DNA of 63,454 nucleotides, filler included, from Octopus bimaculoides (GCF_001194135.2; 5 parts of 5 records of this genome joined end to end with filler, not necessarily neighbours in it), one strand, 5' to 3'. Positions 24,705 through 38,196 are shown, counted from the first letter of the whole stretch. A program made the numbers and translations. Notes: a model not told the origin generated them from the sequence alone.

Positions 24705-25290
24705 NNNNNNNNNNNNNNNNNNNNNNNNNNNNNNNNNNNNNNNNNNNNNNNNNNNNNNNNNNNNNNNNNNNNNNNNNNNNNNNNNNNNNNNNNNNNNNNN
24801 NNNNNNNNNNNNNNNNNNNNNNNNNNNNNNNNNNNNNNNNNNNNNNNNNNNNNNNNNNNNNNNNNNNNNNNNNNNNNNNNNNNNNNNNNNNNNNNNNNNN
24901 NNNNNNNNNNNNNNNNNNNNNNNNNNNNNNNNNNNNNNNNNNNNNNNNNNNNNNNNNNNNNNNNNNNNNNNNNNNNNNNNNNNNNNNNNNNNNNNNNNNN
25001 NNNNNNNNNNNNNNNNNNNNNNNNNNNNNNNNNNNNNNNNNNNNNNNNNNNNNNNNNNNNNNNNNNNNNNNNNNNNNNNNNNNNNNNNNNNNNNNNNNNN
25101 NNNNNNNNNNNNNNNNNNNNNNNNNNNNNNNNNNNNNNNNNNNNNNNNNNNNNNNNNNNNNNNNNNNNNNNNNNNNNNNNNNNNNNNNNNNNNNNNNNNN
25201 NNNNNNNNNNNNNNNNNNNNNNNNNNNNNNNNNNNNNNNNNNNNNNNNNNNNNNNNNNNNNNNNNNNNNNNNNNNNNNNNNNNNNNNNNN

Positions 25291-25343
<53 letters not shown>

Positions 25344-25578
25344 CGTCATGTTATATATAGCTGTTTTAGTTTGTATCATATACCATTATACTCGTGCACT
25401 AAGATTTATGCTTATGCATATACACATGCTTACGTATGTGTGCAAGTGATTTGCAGCCTGTATAATGGACGTTTGTATATAGATCATAAATGCAGTGTAT
25501 AGACGAAATATATATATCAATGTCAGAGAACAGATAACAAATATATGCATTCGATGCTTCAGAACCTCAGTTTCATAC

Positions 25579-25664
25579 TTTCACATTTTTGCGACCCCTT
25601 TGAGAAATTTGAGTAAATGCTTCATTGGTCGGTTGGAATCCAGTAACCACGAACATTTTTTCTT
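25579..25664 (-). CDS. Candidate exon (E|EKMFVVTGFQPTNEAFTQISQRGRKNVK)
   Basis: Donor AA|GTATGA; pyrimidine tract then CGCAAG acceptor; phase 1 to 0. Confidence 0.5.
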
Positions 25665-26390
25665 CTTGCGATTGCGATATAAAATGAATAAGTAAATAAA
25701 TGAATAAATCAGTTTCGATTCCCAGTTTGGAAAGCTTCGGTTATGTCAATAATCTTCGCAGGGAATGCATTTAATATCACGTCTACCGAAACATATTTTT
25801 GACGACTGTAAGTAAAGAACACAGCATTTTTAACGGCGATATTACATTTCACTCTGCTTCTAAATAAGCATTCCTGTGGTGTTTAGTTGACCAAGCACTA
25901 AAGAGAGGAGAACTTTATTTATTTTCCTTCTTTTCTTAAAACATCTTGTAATCTTAGCTTCGGCAATTTAGTTCGTTTCATCATCGGCATTAACTTTGCT
26001 TTGAAAGAACGAGGTTAATTAGCAAACAGTTGAAAGAACTAGAAATGGAAATGGGAAAAAAATATTTACGTTACTGTTAACTTCTTTTCACCGGAAGTGC
26101 CCAAAGTACGACGTCCAAACATTTGCGGTAGATGGTTCTTCGCAGACATATGCATTAGTCGATGAAAAATGAAATGATAGACTCCACTCGTTTATTCGCA
26201 TGTAGATAAATGTATAGGTAGTATATTATATTTATTAGATTTATATATATATTTGTATTTATGTTCAGTCTGTTTTGCACGTTCCTGCTATTTACTTTCT
26301 CTACTACGAAGATATTTCTTATTTGTGACTTATGTTACCAAAGATTTGAAAAGAAGATTCTTATTTCCAGATTCCAAGAAGGTGTATGTA

Positions 26391-26426
<36 letters not shown>

Positions 26427-26582
26427 CCTCTCTCTATCTCTCTCTCTCACACACACACTCTCTCTCTCTCACTCTCTCTCTCTCTCTGTCTCACCTTCCA
26501 TTTAAAGAGATACAAACCAACACATAAGTACACTCCCATCACATGTCTATATACGACGCGATTCTGAACAGTTGCTATCTAC

Positions 26583-26673
26583 CAAATCCGTAAGACGACG
26601 TTAGTGACAGCCCTGGGCTATATTTGAAAACACTTGACCAAGTTGCCGCATAATGGAACTGCACCCGAAACCA
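26583..26673 (-). CDS. Candidate exon (WFRVQFHYAATWSSVFKYSPGLSLTSSYGF)
   Basis: Acceptor TCATTTCGTAACCATTCTAG, donor G|GTAGAT, phase 0 to 1, joins 25579-25664 in frame. Confidence 0.5.
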
Positions 26674-29089
26674 CTAGAATGGTTACGAAATGAACTTTTT
26701 AACCAGTCGGGCTTTCCAATTTTCTTTCTGTATTTATTTTATTTATTTATCTGATTTTTTTTTTTTGCTAAGATTAAAAAAACAAAATTTGCTCAATAAA
26801 AAGGGTCTAATATCGATACTGGTCTTGATTCTGGAGCATTGGATGATTGTGACCTACATGTATACGCTTTACACAGATCTAATTTCTTCATGCCCCTATA
26901 TAATGAAATCGCCATATGACTACAGTTATAATGTCTAACCTAACTGTATATTGAAATTTCAGATATGTCACATCTTATAAGTCGCATTTTATGGTATATT
27001 TTATATTTTTCAATGTGCCTGTGTATATATATATATATCAGTTAAGTGTATTTTTGCCACTGAAGGTGGCGCTGTATTTCAAATTGATGTAATGCTTGNN
27101 NNNNNNNNNNNNNNNNNNNNNNNNNNNNNNNNNNNNNNNNNNNNNNNNNNNNNNNNNNNNNNNNNNNNNNNNNNNNNNNNNNNNNNNNNNNNNNNNNNNN
27201 NNNNNNNNNNNNNNNNNNNNNNNNNNNNNNNNNNNNNNNNNNNNNNNNNNNNNNNNNNNNNNNNNNNNNNNNNNNNNNNNNNNNNNNNNNNNNNNNNNNN
27301 NNNNNNNNNNNNNNNNNNNNNNNNNNNNNNNNNNNNNNNNNNNNNNNNNNNNNNNNNNNNNNNNNNNNNNNNNNNNNNNNNNNNNNNNNNNNNNNNNNNN
27401 NNNNNNNNNNNNNNNNNNNAACGGATTGATATCTTATATAGGGCAACAAAGTTAGCATGATCTTTTAAATATCTGACTTCTCTCTTTTTCGTAAGTTTCT
27501 TTCAAACTTTGATTTTAGTATTGTATCTGACCGCGTAAACCCAACGAGTACGTAAGATCTGTAATGCTTGTGGATTTCACATTCTTTTATTATTTAAAAC
27601 GTATTAAAAATTAGTTTCTTCACTACAAAAGAGAAGGCATTTTAATATCGAACGTTGGTTTCAATTAAGAAACTCTGAGATTATCAAATATGAAATGGTG
27701 ATTTACTCATTTAGCCTAACATTAACTTGCGCATTGAAAACCCACCTACTGTGAAATTGTTTGAAACAGTATTAAATCTAATTATCCTTGAAACGAAAGA
27801 AAAGTATTATCCGATTGTATCGTATAAATATACAGGAAAGCCTGCTTCGCAGTGAATAGTGCACATTAGATGTTAGATCTGCTCAATACCGGTAACTCGA
27901 AAGTAGATGACGAAAACATCGAAAATATTTCATGAGAAACATATATTTGTAACGAAATACAGATTAAAGTATGAATTATAAAGTATTATTGTATGTTAAG
28001 AGACAAGTTTCTAAGAAAATACATCATTTTAAAATGTCAGTCATTAACCTTTATTGCTACAGGAGAATTTTTTAAGCACCGATTTCAATTGAATAATTTT
28101 TCAAAACTTACGTTTCGCCGGGTTATGTAAAATCTGATAACCCGAACACTAGGATAAATTGGTAGCCATATACTTAGAAAGCACATACTTTACCACTGAT
28201 GTGTAACATAATTATTGCGTAAAATTAAATGAAACGATTGGAGGAAATTCAAAAAAATGTAAATTAGATTAGTTATTTAAATTGATGTCAGCTACTTCAG
28301 ACTACATTGACCGAGGTACATTTCAAAACCATAAAAGGCTTTATTGTGTGTAAGAAGAGACAGAGAGAGTTTCATGTATATATATACAAATGAAGTTTCT
28401 CCTTACGTTAAACGGAAGCTTCTGGCGTTTAAGCAACACACGTAAGTTAAGTATACAGTATTGTTAATAACGTTAATATTCACATTAGAGATATTCTATT
28501 GCATNNNNNNNNNNNNNNNNNNNNNNNNNNNNNNNNNNNNNNNNNNNNNNNNNNNNNNNNNNNNNNNNNNNNNNNNNNNNNNNNNNNNNNNNNNNNNNNN
28601 NNNNNNNNNNNNNNNNNNNNNNNNNNNNNNNNNNNNNNNNNNNNNNNNNNNNNNNNNNNNNNNNNNNNNNNNNNNNNNNNNNNNNNNNNNNNNNNNNNNN
28701 NNNNNNNNNNNNNNNNNNNNNNNNNNNNNNNNNNNNNNNNNNNNNNNNNNNNNNNNNNNNNNNNNNNNNNNNNNNNNNNNNNNNNNNNNNNNNNNNNNNN
28801 NNNNNNNNNNNNNNNNNNNNNNNNNNNNNNNNNNNNNNNNNNNNNNNNNNNNNNNNNNNNNNNNNNNNNNNNNNNNNNNNNNNNNNNNNNNNNNNNNNNN
28901 NNNNNNNNNNNNNNNNNNNNNNNNNNNNNNNNNNNNNNNNNNNNNNNNNNNNNNNNNNNNNNNNNNNNNNNNNNNNNNNNNNNNNNNNNNNNNNNNNNNN
29001 NNNNNNNNNNNNNNNNNNNNNNNNNNNNNNNNNNNNTATATATATATATAGGCAGATAGATAGACAGATAGATAGACAGACAGACAGAC

Positions 29090-29152
29090 TGACATATAGT
29101 TCAAGAAGCGAAAGTTCAAGAAAGGCCGTGTCCGGCCATTTGGAATATGGTA
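29090..29152 (-). CDS. Candidate exon (YHIPNGRTRPFLNFRFLNYMS)
   Basis: Acceptor GTGTTTTTCAG; donor weak (GTCTGT, alternative GTCAGT). Confidence 0.35.
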
Positions 29153-29432
29153 CTGAAAAACACTACTGGGAGCAATTTGTACACACACAAACACACAAAC
29201 ACATACACACACATATATGGCGTTTAAGTGTGTGTGTGTGTGTGTGCGTGTGTGTGTAATAGTTGCTATATATTACTACATTATTGTTGAAGGAAGCGTA
29301 AATTCAGAAAACACAGATTTTGTATATATTCGTGGTTTCCTTACAGTTTTACGTAATATGTACGTATTTTCAATTATATCGCATATATCATTGATTTCTT
29401 ATCGTCACAAACATTGTAAGCACACACATACA

Positions 29433-29488
<56 letters not shown>

Positions 29489-30648
29489 ATATGTCTCTGT
29501 GTGTATATGTACATTATGTTTGCGTTGGTGTCTGCGCTTATGAGTAGGTGTTCGCACAGACAGTAGCGGAGAAGAAGGATAGATTATATTTATAGATAAT
29601 AAGAATATAAACTTTAGTCAGACTTCTGAACGTGAGAAAATAAAATATAGAAATAGCTAGAATGACAAGGAAAATGGAATTCAAAGCTAAAAAATTAAAA
29701 AATAATATAAAGTAATACTAATATTAGAGAACACAGAAAAATTATTGAAATCCATTGTAGTTGTAAATGTCAAATATCAAAAAAAAAATTATTACAAATG
29801 TGTTTAAACGTGTTGCCTTTATATTAATTTTACGTGGCCAACAAGCATTATAAGAAAATATTAGGTAACTATGTGTATTGTGTTTGCGAGTATATATTTA
29901 TGATAGTGTTTTCGTGTTTGCACTTGCACATTTAACTCTCTTTCTGTTTATATATATGCATATATACATATATGCATACATCCATCAATACAGCATCCAC
30001 CCATCCATATATCCATATATATATATATATATANNNNNNNNNNNNNNNNNNNNNNNNNNNNNNNNNNNNNNNNNNNNNNNNNNNNNNNNNNNNNNNNNNN
30101 NNNNNNNNNNNNNNNNNNNNNNNNNNNNNNNNNNNNNNNNNNNNNNNNNNNNNNNNNNNNNNNNNNNNNNNNNNNNNNNNNNNNNNNNNNNNNNNNNNNN
30201 NNNNNNNNNNNNNNNNNNNNNNNNNNNNNNNNNNNNNNNNNNNNNNNNNNNNNNNNNNNNNNNNNNNNNNNNNNNNNNNNNNNNNNNNNNNNNNNNNNNN
30301 NNNNNNNNNNNNNNNNNNNNNNNNNNNNNNNNNNNNNNNNNNNNNNNNNNNNNNNNNNNNNNNNNNNNNNNNNNNNNNNNNNNNNNNNNNNNNNNNNNNN
30401 NNNNNNNNNNNNNNNNNNNNNNNNNNNNNNNNNNNNNNNNNNNNNNNNNNNNNNNNNNNNNNNNNNNNNNNNNNNNNNNNNNNNNNNNNNNNNNNNNNNN
30501 NNNNNNNNNNNNNNNNNNNNNNNNNNNNNNNNNNNNNNNNNNNNNNNNNNNNNNNNNNNNNNNNNNNNNNNNNNNNNNNNNNNNNNNNNNNNNNNNNNNN
30601 NNNNNNNNTACATACATGCATACATACATACATACATACATACATGCA

Positions 30649-30682
<34 letters not shown>

Positions 30683-30796
30683 CATAGGCACCTACAAACA
30701 TATAATATTCTGCCTGCTCAAGTTTAAATTTCTCGATCATTACGAAGTGTATTCTATAACGAGAATATGTCTCTCTCATATATATATATATATATG

Positions 30797-30985
30797 ACTG
30801 TGTGGTTAGAGTGTCGGGATAACAGTCACGAGCTAGTGAGTTCGATTCCAGGACCGGGTTGCGTATCGTGTTCTTAACCAAGACACTTTATTTCACGTTG
30901 TTCCAGTTCACTCAGCTGTAGAAATGAGTTGCGACGTCATTAATGCCAACCAGTATCAGCCTTTGCCTTTCACTTGGATTACTTC
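30797..30985 (+). mobile_element. tRNA-headed SINE family C
   Basis: GTGGTTAGAGTG..GAGTTCGATTCC head, then GTGTTCTTAACCAAGACACTT..CCAGTTCACTCAGCTG; a second tRNA-like head at ~31028-31086. Confidence 0.7.
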
Positions 30986-31241
30986 GGAGGCGTGGAGAGA
31001 GGAGGCTGCTATCATTTTTGTGAGCCCGCAGGGCTTCGTGGTTAGGATGTTGCAGTCATGATCTAGCAATCGTGATTTCTATTCCTTGAAGTAAAACACT
31101 TCATCGCATGATCGCTCTGCGATCAATTCCTCACCTGATGCTTGGTACACAGTGCAGCTGTTCAGTCATCGACGATTTGATGAAGAGAAGGAGAGAGCGA
31201 GAGAGAGAGAGTGAGAGAGAGAGAGTGAGAGAGAGAGATGA

Positions 31242-31276
<35 letters not shown>

Positions 31277-31407
31277 GAGAGAGAGAGGAAGAGAAAGAGA
31301 TAATGTGTGGCACGAATATTTGTTCACTATAAACGAATGATTTGTGCAGGTCGTTCGGCAAAAGCTAGACGTTCATACGTCGTCTTCGACAAGAAAGTTC
31401 ATCATCG

Positions 31408-31565
31408 TTCTACTATAGAAAAAAGGCTTGAAATTCGAGGGGAGGGGCTCATTGTTTACCGTACTCAACTGCTACTTATATCTTCCACCCTGAAAAGACG
31501 ATTCTCAAAAATCGAACTTGACAGAATTTGAACACAGAACGTAAAGACAAGTGAAATGGCGTTAT
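31408..31565 (-). mobile_element. SINE family A, degenerate
   Basis: TTCTACTATAG tail, GAATTTGAACACAGAACGTAAAGAC. Confidence 0.7.
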
Positions 31566-32522
31566 GCACTTTGTCCAGCGCATCATATTCTGCCATCTCA
31601 CCTATATATATATATATATATACATATATTCATAAAGCTTGTATATACNNNNNNNNNNNNNNNNNNNNNNNNNNNNNNNNNNNNNNNNNNNNNNNNNNNN
31701 NNNNNNNNNNNNNNNNNNNNNNNNNNNNNNNNNNNNNNNNNNNNNNNNNNNNNNNNNNNNATATACACACATGATCTTGGACACACTCACACTCGCAAAC
31801 AGGCACACAGACTCAGACATATACACTCATTCGGACATATGACTACATCTAAGGTATATCGTTAATGGAAAGGTTTTTCTACTCGGCAAAACCGCAGAGT
31901 GCAATAAAACACCCTTACAATTTCTTAAGTGTAATGTCGCTTTAGATCGTCCTTGCTAATAACCAAATGATAACGTCGACCTCTTGCAGGCCAGTATTTC
32001 AACCCCTTTTAGCTAGATTGATCGACTGCTCACCAGAAGTTTATCACTTGTAAACTTCAGCCAATGATACGATCAGTTAAGATATAAAAGAAAAAACATA
32101 ATAATAAATATAGAGAAATGAAAATATATATTAAAAAAAAAAATGAAAATGCAGAGATAACAAAAAGAAGAAAATATGAGGTGAAAAATATAAATGTAAA
32201 ATAAATAAAATATATAGCGAAGATAACAAAAACACGATAGAAAAATAGACGATAAAAGTAAATTGCTTATGTAAAGAGAGACAATATCGGATTTTCACTT
32301 TGGTTAAAACTATTCATCATCATGGACGACAACAATGACGTTGATATCATTATAATCGTCGTCATCCGTAGGTATATTCGTTGTTGTTATTGTCGTTGTT
32401 GTTGACTCTGGCGTTGCCGTCATCGTCGTCGTCGTCATCGTCACCACAATCATCATCATCATCATCATCATCACCACCANNNNNNNNNNCACAATCATCA
32501 TCATCATCATCATCATCACCAC

Positions 32523-32568
<46 letters not shown>

Positions 32569-32846
32569 TTCATCTATACGCTTTCAGTGTTAATGTCTTC
32601 ATCCTTGTCGTATCCCCTATCGTCGTTATCGTTATGGTCACCGTGGGAAAAGTTGTCGGTGTAATATTTGTATTATGTATTGTTAGTATTTGTTACAGCA
32701 TAGCAAAAATGCAATACGTATTTGAAACAGTTATTTCTGTTTTGCGTTCAAATCCGACTAACGGTTACTTTGCATTTAACTTCACCGTGTTCGATAAAAC
32801 AAGGTGCCCACATGCTAAATACGATATAATCCGATATCTACCTCAC

Positions 32847-32903
32847 TTCAAAACTATTGACTTGTTAGTTGTCTTAACGATGGATCGTTTTTGGAAGCGA
32901 TGG
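32847..32903 (-). CDS. Candidate exon (HRFQKRSIVKTTNKSIVL)
   Basis: Branch-point CTAAC, acceptor TCTTGCGTAG, donor AA|GTGAGG; only phase 2 to 2 is open. Confidence 0.5.
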
Positions 32904-33267
32904 CTACGCAAGATCGTTAGAACAGCGTTTAATACGCATCGTGTTATTTATTTTGGAGTTCTGAGTACAAATATATCCGTGGTCTTCCCTTTAGTGACGA
33001 TAAAATAAACACCATTCAAATAATAGTGTCACTAATATAGATTAATTCTCTTTCCGCAGATACGCGATTTGAAAGTGGAAATTATTACGTATGGCCTTAT
33101 ATTTCCCGAATTGTTGCATCATCGGACAACATTCCTGCTGGAATTCTTTAGGTTATGTCATTCATCCTACTATACAGAAGACTATGTATCCGACTAATCC
33201 ATCCGTAACGAAGTGCTGGATATGAGATTAACATAAAGATTATGAATATTATCAGTGTATGTAAGAC

Positions 33268-33480
33268 GGCGAGCAAGAAAAACCGTTAGCGCGCCGCGCA
33301 ATAGCGCTTGGTGGCATTCCATCCGTCTTTCAGGCCTGTGTTCAGTTTCCACCGCGGTTGACTTTTACTTTTCATCAATTCGGAATTGATAAAATACATA
33401 CCAGTCTAGTACTGGGGTGTTGACGTAAAGGACTTAGCCGTCCACCGAAATTGCTGGCATTGTGCCAAAATTTGAAACCC
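33268..33480 (+). mobile_element. SINE family A (TTTGAAACC-tail type)
   Basis: Head GGCGAGC..CGTTAGCGCG, core, tail TTGTGCCAAAATTTGAAACC. Confidence 0.8.
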
Positions 33481-33589
33481 TTGAACAATAAGGAGTGTTA
33501 CTTTAGTTCACTGGTAGTGAACTGTTCACACCGTAATGTATCTCCAGCGTTAGAAGCTGCGCAAAGACAGTAAAATAACAATAAACATA

Positions 33590-33760
33590 TTTCTACTATA
33601 CACACAAGGCCTGGAATTTGTGAGAAAAGTTAATCGATGGAATCGACTCCGTTGCTCAACTATTATATATTCTATTGACTCAAGAGGGATGAAAACGTGA
33701 GTTAATTTCACCGTGATCTGATCCCAGAACGTAATGAGTTGAAGAATTTCCGTTAAGCAT
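33590..33760 (-). mobile_element. SINE family A, degenerate
   Basis: TTTCTACTATACACACAAGGCC tail. Confidence 0.7.
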
Positions 33761-34594
33761 ATCGTATCCTAAACTACGACATTGATGTAGATGAATGAAT
33801 GTAGAAATATCCACAAAGCTCTCCTGTTGTACAGCAACTGGAAGTCTGTTATTAATTTGAACGTTTGAGAGTGTATGACACCAGTAATACTGGAAATGTA
33901 CGGCGTCACATAGCATCTCTGAGTAAATATATTTTGTACTGAAGTAAAGTGCTTGTTTACATTCAAATATTATCTCATATTTGGATGTCCTTCGGGATTT
34001 GTAAGTTGTGCCTGTGTAATTATATTTCATTTCATAATAGTGTAAGATATGCTCTCATCATAATACCGTATTTTTAAGTCACCGATTGTTGTTTTCTAAT
34101 TTTTTTCAAAGAATTGCCACGATATTGGAAACTTTTCGTTAACTAAAATCTTTCAATATTTCAGAGAGTTATTCTAATGCGTTGAATATTGGTAAATTGA
34201 GATTCTTTTTGACACCTTGATCAAGTAAAATTTCATATTGACTTTGTAACTGATTTTTAAAAAAATATTTCTGTATTCTTGGGATATTTTTGATGTTTTC
34301 GAATTTCAATAATGTAAAATCTCCTGTAGAGCTTTCTTCTGCCAGGGCCATTTCCAAAACCATTTAGAACATTGAAGATCAAAATGATGACAAAATTGAA
34401 ACCGAGGTAACGAAAAAAAAAAAAAAAATCATTGATAAAACGTAGCGCAATAAAATATTACTACCATCCTTTGCATACTTTTAGGGTATTTTTTNNNNNN
34501 NNNNNNNNNNNNNNNNNNNNNNNNNNNNNNNNNNNNNNTTAATTAATTAANNNNNNNNNNNNNNNNNNNNNNNNNNNNNNNNNNNNNNNNNNNN

Positions 34595-34647
<53 letters not shown>

Positions 34648-34682
34648 GACATTTCGACTAAGATTTCCGCTCCACCTGCCAG

Positions 34683-34800
34683 ACTTGTCCGAAGAATGCT
34701 TAAGGACATAGACGCGAAACTCGAAATAACGGAAAGCTGGTAAATATCACTTTAGGTAATAAAGAATTGCTGTCCAGAAATATTGATTTGTTTAAATTTT
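34683..34800 (+). ncRNA. Degenerate hammerhead-like motif followed by AATAAA
   Basis: CCGAAGA 34689-34695, GAAAC-TCGA-ATA, AATAAA 34758-34763. Confidence 0.3.
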
Positions 34801-34904
34801 ACTTTGCTGTATTACTCTGAACATAATCTTATCCATGAGCATTCTGCTATATATGAAGATATACATGTACGCACTTTTGTATGTGTTTGTGTGTGTATGT
34901 GTGG

Positions 34905-34939
<35 letters not shown>

Positions 34940-35162
34940 TGCATATGATTGTATGCATGGGTGTGTATATGTGTATATATGTCTATGTATCTTCTCAGAG
35001 CCACAATGACGAACAATTGCGACAAATTCGGAAGCTGTCTTGAGATAGTGGTGGAAGATGAGGGCTGCTATAGTAAATTGTTACATCAAAATAATAATCT
35101 AGTAAATATCGTTGACATTTTAAAAATACTTTTACTTTGAGTATACATATATNNNNNNNNNN

Positions 35163-35290
35163 GCCAGTCGATTAGATCGACCCCAGTATGCAACTGATAC
35201 TTAATTTATCGATTCCGAAAGGGTGAAAAGCAAAGTCAATCTCGGCGGAATTTGAGCTCACACTTTGCTAATGTTTCTGCCAGCTCGCCG
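35163..35290 (-). mobile_element. SINE family A, internally deleted
   Basis: Core ATCGATTCCGAAAGGGTGAAAAGCAAAGTC; head CTGCCAGCTCGCC. Confidence 0.8.
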
Positions 35291-35309
35291 ATATAAATAC
35301 ACAATCAGT

Positions 35310-35448
35310 TGTACTTGAAATCAAAATGTTCAGCCTTTTCACATTCCGTGTCACTCTGTATCTCCCTGAGAACTACGCTAAAGGTATGTGTGTCTATGGA
35401 CGGATCAACAGTAACACTCATCGCGATAACAGACGGAGTGCCAGGCCA
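35310..35448 (+). mobile_element. 3' body of a family C-type SINE
   Basis: TCTCCCTGAGAACTACG..GACGGAGTGCCAG; TACTGGCACTCCGTCGG also occurs at ~9723 in reverse orientation. Confidence 0.45.
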
Positions 35449-35692
35449 GTTTGTGTATATTTGTGTATGTGTTTTCGTTACTTTCACACTTTCTTTTTTC
35501 CTACTTTGAATAAGTATTAGTTTGTGTAACCATAGAATAGACCATCGATTTACATCGTTAGACATCACATTACGTCGCATTAAATCGAATTTCATAGTTG
35601 TGTACGCGGGTTAAAGATTTCAATAATTTTTTCTTCCAAAAGAAATTCTTCAGACTCACTAAATAAGTAGACATAAATTACAGCAGCAACGA

Positions 35693-35743
<51 letters not shown>

Positions 35744-36767
35744 TGTGTATGAGAGAGAGAGGTGAAGAGAGGAGCTTCCAGATATTTGTGTAATATGAGA
35801 ACTTGAGAGATTCATTGTAAATGGTCAGAAGTTGGTTGTGGGTGGATATAGACACCCTCAGTGTATAATATAATACACGTTAGAATATAATATAGTTGTA
35901 TATAATATAATAAATTTAATGTGATATAATACTCTACATTATAGTATAAGTTTCTTTTCTCTCTTATGTATAAGCGCATACATACATACATATATATACA
36001 CACGCAAATATTCATATATATATATATATATATATATANNNNNNNNNNNNNNNNNNNNNNNNNNNNNNNNNNNNNNNNNNNNNNNNNNNNNNNNNNNNNN
36101 NNNNNNNNNNNNNNNNNNNNNNNNNNNNNNNNNNNNNNNNNNNNNNNNNNNNNNNNNNNNNNNNNNNNNNNNNNNNNNNNNNNNNNNNNNNNNNNNNNNN
36201 NNNNNNNNNNNNNNNNNNNNNNNNNNNNNNNNNNNNNNNNNNNNNNNNNNNNNNNNNNNNNNNNNNNNNNNNNNNNNNNNNNNNNNNNNNNNNNNNNNNN
36301 NNNNNNNNNNNNNNNNNNNNNNNNNNNNNNNNNNNNNNNNNNNNNNNNNNNNNNNNNNNNNNNNNNNNNNNNNNNNNNNNNNNNNNNNNNNNNNNNNNNN
36401 NNNNNNNNNNNNNNNNNNNNNNNNNNNNNNNNNNNNNNNNNNNNNNNNNNNNNNNNNNNNNNNNNNNNNNNNNNNNNNNNNNNNNNNNNNNNNNNNNNNN
36501 NNNNNNNNNNNNNNNNNNNNNNNNNNNNNNNNNNNNNNNNNNNNNNNNNNNNNNNNNNNNNNNNNNNNNNNNNNNNNNNNNNNNNNNNNNNNNNNNNNNN
36601 NNNNNNNNNNNNNNNNNNNNNNNNNNNNNNNNNNNNNNNNNNNNNNNNNNNNNNNNNNNNNNNNNNNNNNNNTAACATATATGGGAGGCTATTGTATATC
36701 CTGAGACACTTTCACACGAAGATATTGTTGATGTTCATGATTAACGAGACCACGCTCTATCTATCTT

Positions 36768-36858
<91 letters not shown>

Positions 36859-37229
36859 GTCTGTCTGTCTGTCTGTCTGTCTATCACTACACACACATAC
36901 ACTCACACAAACACACACACACGCATATGGTTACATACACAGAACACATACACACACACATACATACACCCACATACATGGCTACACTGACGTCGATGTA
37001 GTTATGTAATTTCGCAAAGCGATTCTGTAATATCGACGGTCAATTTAATAAAACTAGTGTATGTTTTATAAAGCTTAAAATACCAATTACATTTTCCGTA
37101 TTCTATTAACACTTTTAGGCGTCTCTATTCTGTATGCTAGCCTAAGCCGTTGTTTAATTGCCTTCATATAACCGCACGGGATGACGAAGTGTATGTGTGT
37201 GTGTGTGTGGGGGGGGCACTGGAATTTAC

Positions 37230-37268
37230 ATCGAATCGTGTTGCCTGAACAGAACAGAATGTCCATCA
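37230..37268 (-). CDS. Candidate exon (DGHSVLFRQHDS)
   Basis: Acceptor TTTTTAAACCCCTTCAG, donor AT|GTAAAT, phase 2 to 2. Confidence 0.35.
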
Positions 37269-37787
37269 CTGAAGGGGTTTAAAAAGAATGTATTGTATGG
37301 AAAATGCCACTAATATAAATGGGACCCTAAACTATGTGAATTTAGTATGTAAAACGCACGGTCAAGTTATTTTCCTCGTATCATATAATCCAGTAATGCT
37401 GGTATTTTTTAATATTATCTATGTGTTTATTTTCTCACCCAGCATTGATTTCCCTATGGGATATATTATAAATAGGCCGAAGTCATCAGGCAAAGAGAGA
37501 ACAGTAAGAGCAAGTTGTTGACTTTATACACGCTGTTGTTAGTAAATTTTAATTGGAATATCTATCGGCTCCAGCCGAAACATTGTAAAGTCTCCAAAAA
37601 CGCTCATATCAATGCGCAATACTTTGTATTTAAAAGTGCAAAGTGGTTTCTTTCAAAAATTAATTCAGAGTTACTAACATTTTCGTAATGTTAGTTTTCG
37701 TTGCAGAGTAATTTCATCTCTATTTCAAGGATTCCAAGCTGCCTGTCATAAAAAAAAAAACGAAACAAAACAAAAAGTAAAAATTAT

Positions 37788-38196
37788 AGGCATGGCTGTA
37801 CTGTAGAACATCGCAACCACATAATTTCGCGTTCAGTTCCACTACACAGCACATTAGGTTTTTTGCACTGTAACTCTGGGGTGCCCAGTTTTATGTGTAT
37901 GAATTTGGAAGACGCAAAAAGTGTAGATAGGTGCTTGCTTCTCAACCACATGGCTCTAGGTTCAGTCCTCCTGCATAGCACCTTGGGCAAGTGCCTTCTA
38001 CTATAGCCTCGGGTCGACCAAAACCTTGTGGGAAACTGAAAAAAGCCCGTCGTATGTTTGTATTTACATCCCCGTAACCTAGCGAAAGCTTACAAAGAAT
38101 ACGTACTGGAGTCGATTTGTTCAACTAAAGGCGGTGCTCCAGCTTGGTCACAGTCAAATGATTGAAACAAATAAAAGAATAAATGAATAAAAGAAT
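37788..38196 (+). mobile_element. Two SINE family B units in tandem (old head 37788-37915, younger deleted copy 37921-38196)
   Basis: GCACCTTGGGCAAGTGCCTTCTACTATAGCCTCGGG (CORE-like); tail GGCGGTGCTCCAGC..TTGAAACAAATAAAAGAA. Confidence 0.85.

Noticed and set aside
25762-25807. Plus-strand LRR-like exon GMHLISRLPKHIFDD with GTAAGT donor
   Set aside because: No partner exons; the donor is the reverse complement of a minus-strand acceptor (TTACTTACAG)
32634-33008. 124-aa plus-strand ORF with hydrophobic N-terminus
   Set aside because: Contains a decayed SINE A segment (about 32735-32812) and overlaps a better minus-strand exon
33060-34406. Plus-strand exon-like segments 33060-33151, 34165-34191, 34330-34406
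   Set aside because: In-frame stops in the phase-compatible joins; the minus-strand model explains the region better, though boundaries at 33064-33913 remain ambiguous
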